Below are positions 59,106-64,000 of a stretch of DNA of 64,000 bases, one piece after another; within the stretch, counting starts at the first letter, position 1; every line of letters starts with the position of its first letter. A program made the position numbers and the translations under genes. Origin of the DNA: Microthyrium microscopicum (taxonomy: Eukaryota); the NCBI GenBank assembly GCA_010405405.1, contig MU004235.1:1626538-1690537 (forward strand), written 5' to 3'. The notes below the pieces were generated by a model, which did no database searches, had not been told where the DNA came from, and worked only from the letters and a program-made list of their open reading frames with translations.

Positions 59106-61281
59106 ATGAGTGCCATTCAGAATATCAAAAATTTCATACGTCATGGCAAACAGGCCAAATTCACCAATGCCGAGCCTACCACCGATATATCCCCCGTACA
59201 CGCCCAGAAACACGGCGCCATAAGCGACCCAAACATCCTCCAACATCAGCCCATTCAAGGAGGTCCCGACGCTGGAAACCACTTCTCTGCTGCTGCTGTC
59301 GATAATAAGAATGTTGCTGCTCGTGCTGCCGACGCTGCTGCCCATGCCCAAGGAGAACACCAAAAGAAGCACAATACTCGAGATGCAAAGGATATTGATC
59401 CAGCCGTCCTCGAGAGAATCGTTGCCGAAGAGCGAGAGAGCAAGGGAAAGCTCCCCAAATATCCCGGTCTGGAACGATGGACTCTTCTTGAGAAGATGGG
59501 CGATGGCGCTTTCAGCAACGTCTACCGAGCATCCGACAATCAACGAGAATATCAAGAAGTTGCCATCAAGGTTGTTCGCAAGTTCGAAATGAACTCCAGC
59601 CAGGTAAGAACATTTGATTCTCGCTTGCTTGTTCAATTCTGCTTTTTCCCATTTGCTTGCCCAAGGAGCACCCTCCTTCGACCGCCCGTTTCCAACACTT
59701 GCAATTTTCCTAACCTAAGAATTATAACCGTATAGGGCGATAACGTATTACACCCAAATGTCAAGAAAGGCCCAAAGCTTGTGGAGGTGCGCCATCTCCG
59801 AATCTTCCTTCATCCTGATATTTTACCACAGCTTTGCCTTTACACGCACACGACCACGACAGAATACTAGCTAACTTTAGGCGTAGCGATCAAATATCCT
59901 CAAAGAAGTCCAAATTATGCGCCAATTGGACCATCCCAATATTGTGAAGCTGGTGGATTTCCACGAGTCTCGTCAATACTACTTTATAATTCTGGAATTG
60001 TGCCCAGGCGGTGAACTTTTCCATCAAATTGTTCGACTCACATATTTCAGTGAAGACCTTTCGCGACATGTAATTCTACAAGTTGCCAAAGCTTTGGAAT
60101 ATTTGCACGAAACTGCAGGTGTCGTACATCGGTTAGTATGCCCCGAAAGGTACATCGTGAAGCCGTCATACTGACGTCATGTTTACAGCGACATCAAGCC
60201 CGAAAACCTCCTTTTCTACCCTGCACCGCTCATTCCATCAAAGAGTCGAAAGCTAAAGCCCACCGATGAAGAAGACAAGGCTGATGAAGGAGAGTTCGTT
60301 CCTGGTGTTGGAGCTGGTGGTATCGGAGTCATCAAGATCGCCGATTTTGGTCTCTCCAAGGTAATATGGGACAGCCAAACCATGACGCCATGTGGCACTG
60401 TAGGGTATACTGCACCCGAGATTGTCAAGGATGAGCGGTACTCCAAGAGTGTCGACATGTGGGCAATGGGATGCGTTCTCTACACATTGCTCTGTGGATT
60501 CCCTCCTTTCTATGACGAGAGTATCCAAACGCTCACCGAGAAAGTGGCACGAGGGCAATACACTTTCTTGTCACCATGGTGGGACGAAATCTCTCAGAGC
60601 GCCAAAGATCTCATCTCTCATCTCCTCACCGTCGACCCAGACAAGAGATATGATATCCATCAGTTCCTCGACCATCCATGGATTCGGGAGTCTCAAGAAC
60701 CAACAACAAGTGCCGCAGATGCCCCACCATCAGTAAGCGCAATGAACAATCCGGCATTGCAATATCTTGAGGAAACACCAGGTGCTTCCCGCGGTAGAGA
60801 TTTCCGCTCACCTGGCGCAGTAAACCTTCGTGAGGTTTTCGACGTCAGTTACGCTGTTCACCGACAGGAAGAAGAAGGCAAGCGCCGAAAAAACTTCAAA
60901 CAAGGCTTCCGTGGCGCCATGAACCCTCTCAATGAGGATGACGATGAAGAGCAAGAGTTTGAAGCTGAGAGCGCTCCATATGATCCCAATCAACAGCACA
61001 TTCCAGCCAAACTTCCACGATCAAGTAACGCAGATGTCGCTGGTGTGGAGACACAAATGCGCAATACCAGTTTATCAGCGGCTGCTCAAGCTCGGCAATC
61101 AAACCAACCTCGCGCACAGGAGCGTGGTTACGGGCAACATTCGGCTGCGGTTGCTGCTGCTGCACGTCGTCAAGTTCGTCAAAAAGGACCCTTCGAGTTG
61201 AGTTTAGAGAATTCAACTCTCCTCGGCCGACGAGGCAAGAAGGATCCTGCACCGAGTGGGTTACGAGAGCAAGTGGTATAG
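59106..61281 (+). CDS. srk1: MAPK-activated CAMK-family kinase (Srk1/Rck2/SrkA-like), 4 exons
   Basis: IQNIKNFIRHGKQA; MGDGAFSNV, VAIKVVRK, HRDIKPEN, DFGLSK, TPCGTVGYTAPE; exons 59106-59603, 59736-59786, 59887-60131, 60189-61281. Confidence 0.92.
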
Positions 61282-63860
61282 GATAACATTGCTTAGTAGT
61301 TCGCCGCATGCGGAACTATTTGACGAGCGATGAAGATGACTTTTGCCTATCTCTTATGTACGAACGCCGCTGCACGACCTTGGGCGTGATGCACGCGTCA
61401 CTGGACTCTGGCATGATAGGGTGTTGGAGTTTCTTGGGATCGATTCAATGAACGGCTCTTTATCATGTTGATACTGGTACTCTTCTCTTTTCTCGGTGAT
61501 TGGCATTGGTCTTGTTGGTAGACATTTCATGTAAAGCGTGGCATATTTGTTGATATGTAATGTAGACTTGTGCTCTCATCAGCATGAGAAAGGTTATGAA
61601 TGTTACAATCTACTTCATTCTGGCCCCCGTGCCTGAGTTGGAGCGGTGGGCTTGCTGACCTCCATTTAGACCTCCAATGCGCAGCTGCTTGAATCTCACG
61701 ATAGCTTCATTCTGTATTACAAGTACATGACTGCTGTTGCCAATGGGTCACGTCGTGACTGTACCTTCCTACTGAACAATAGTGTCAGACGTGGCGATGA
61801 AGTGGCAGGGGGGAAGCAATTTTCTGCGGCTGTCCGTACCGGATTAATCGACGCTGACGGGGAGAATTGTCGAATGTTCTTAGGACCTGGAATGGCAAGG
61901 AGAATGGTCTCCTGCGCCTGGCCACTCAGTGTTCCTCCCACTGGACTTGCAACGAATTGAGAGCTCTTTTGGTCGCATCTCTTCTCAGGTTGCGTTTCAT
62001 TTCCACTTCAGCCACTCAACGGAGAGCTCTTGCTATCCTCCCAGCAACGCTGCTGTCGATAGTAGGTGTGTATTATCATATCTGCTTGGTCGTCAAAGTG
62101 GAGATTTTCCGATCATGACAATCCCCTTGAAAGTGTTCGTCCGCATTCAGTCTGCTGTAGAACCATCTGCTCGACTATCGACTTCTGATCCCGAGAAGTA
62201 ATGCGATAGCAATTGAGTTGGCAGCGTCTATCCGCAATCTCGCAGATAGCCGTCGTCAGAACTTCCGGAGCACTGATGATGGCAATCGTTCTGGAGGTGG
62301 CAGGCTGTAGATCATGTACCATAGTCGTCAGATCTGCTCAGGCCGTCAACCTTTACTCCGGATAGTACCGCGTGGCAATCAATATGTCAGTGTTTATCCG
62401 CGATCTCACGGGCTGTCGTCGTCGAAGCTTCTTGGATATCAATCTTTGACCTGGACATCATCCGTCTCAGACATGTAGCACTGCCGTCGATGGCTTTTAT
62501 ATCAAGCGTATATATCTGTCCTCGGGGTGAGCGCCATGACGACGTCTTTGCCAGGTTTTCTTAACTGCCTTGGAAGCGAAATGCCCTCGATGCAGCTATC
62601 GCTCGACAAGAATGGTGTATCTCCATCGAAGAATTTCCAGCCATGTTATTCTTTACTTCAAGTTACCTATTCCAAGCAGCGAAGAGACGCATACTATGAC
62701 AATGCTCCATGGTCTCGCGGCGATTGTCGAAGCCCACATTGATACAAAAGATGTATTACGTCTTCATCCATCTTATCAACGGGTTCATACTCTTATGAAC
62801 GAAAGCGTAGCTCCAGGCAAGGACAGAACAGCGCGTCCAGATGAAAACAGTTCTTGCTACGTGTCCTGATGCTCAGCATAGGCCGGAGAAGTGATGGAAG
62901 AAGCTGGATCGTGGTATAAAGCAGTGGTCTTGGTCAGCCCAAACTTAACTTTCCATCCACCACTCCATCCATCACTTCATTCTCCAACATCCTCGGACCA
63001 CATCTCCCGTCTCTGGTCTTCTTTTCCTCTCCAATATATAGGTGTCGCTGATACACTGTGCTTCTCAACTCCAGCCCGCATGGTTCCTCCGTCTCTCGCT
63101 CTGAAGCCGCTTCACTCTTCCCTTCACTCTGGTAGACCATCCTTGTGCATGTAGTCTCGTCTTTGCTTCCTCTCTCATATGTACCAATCACACATACACC
63201 ACGAGCCTCAAGGCCGTTCCAATGACAGTCGTATCCTTCCATATTTGTCATATCACTCTTTACTTCATCCCAAGCGACAATACCGCTGCATGTAGCCTTG
63301 TCTTTGTCTCTTCTCTTGTATATGCAACTTACTCATACACTAAAGACACCAAAAATCCATTCTTTCCGATGGCTTTTCTGTCCCCTTCGTTCATATACAT
63401 GGCCGACTTTGTACTAAGACTCAATGTATGCTCCGCTTGTTCGAGCAGAGCACAAGATGTCTGTCCAATTACAGCCCACAAGCCCAATTCCAGGCAATTC
63501 TTGACCAATGGCATCCCCAGGGTGATTGTAATCGGCTCCATTCTAATGGACGATAACGACCAGGGCGACAAGAAGAACTTGAGTCTGAGAGCGACAGTCA
63601 AAAAGTCTTTCGCACCCGTGGAATCAAGTCCCAAGATTATCCCATTGTGCTGTCATGAAGTTGCATGACTAAATCGGGACTGTGAGCCATCATAAGTCGG
63701 CTGACTGAGCTCCTTTCTCGTGCTCTGCTGGTGCCCATATGCTCAATAAGTTCGAGCAGCACCTACCTCTGCTTCCAATTGTCATAGTTCGAGGTTACTT
63801 CGTCTCTCCCGGCTATATGTACAATCACTCAACACGCAGGCTCATTTCACCCGCCGGGGC

Positions 63861-64000
63861 TCATGGATTCTTTCGTCTCCGCCGTTCTTTCTCGTCATTT
63901 TGCCTCTCAGGGTAATGACGATATTCTTGAATCTGACGATCTATGTCCGTAATTTCAGCAAGCATCGCATCCTTCAAAGCGCATCTCTGCAGCATTTCTT
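63861..64000 (-). CDS. Possible 3' end of a gene entering from the right edge
   Basis: Open frame EMLQRCALKDAMLAEITDIDRQIQEYRHYPERQNDEKERRRRKNP*. Confidence 0.3.
   Translation of the reverse strand, partial: EMLQRCALKDAMLAEITDIDRQIQEYRHYPERQNDEKERRRRKNP

Noticed and set aside
61700..63700. Scattered short ORFs after the kinase
   Set aside because: I could not assemble a gene model or recognise a family; may be a decayed gene

Overview
This is eukaryotic DNA from a filamentous ascomycete (Pezizomycotina), judged from short GT-AG introns with CTAAC/CTGAC branch sites and from fungal gene families. Conserved genes include a Nup53/Nup40-like nucleoporin, FAF1, GET4, an Srk1/Rck2-type kinase, a CDF transporter, an asco-type laccase, an M28 leucine aminopeptidase, a GH43 arabinanase, a CaiB CoA-transferase beside a Zn2Cys6 factor, and a large CE4 deacetylase with six chitin-binding modules. 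Four features stand out. (1) A same-strand array at 7.5-16.9 kb of one divergent F-box-like family: three full genes and two isolated C-terminal-exon copies sharing a YPW..W motif, with very different intron counts. (2) A secreted protein at 28.9-30.4 kb with His1 directly after the signal peptide and an LPMO-like motif layout. (3) An intact, probably membrane-anchored GH32 that lacks both catalytic acids. (4) A dispersed ~19-bp repeat family around the FAF1-GET4 pair. I saw no tRNA, rRNA, CRISPR array or intact transposase. Exon boundaries were read by eye and family names come from recall, with no database searches.
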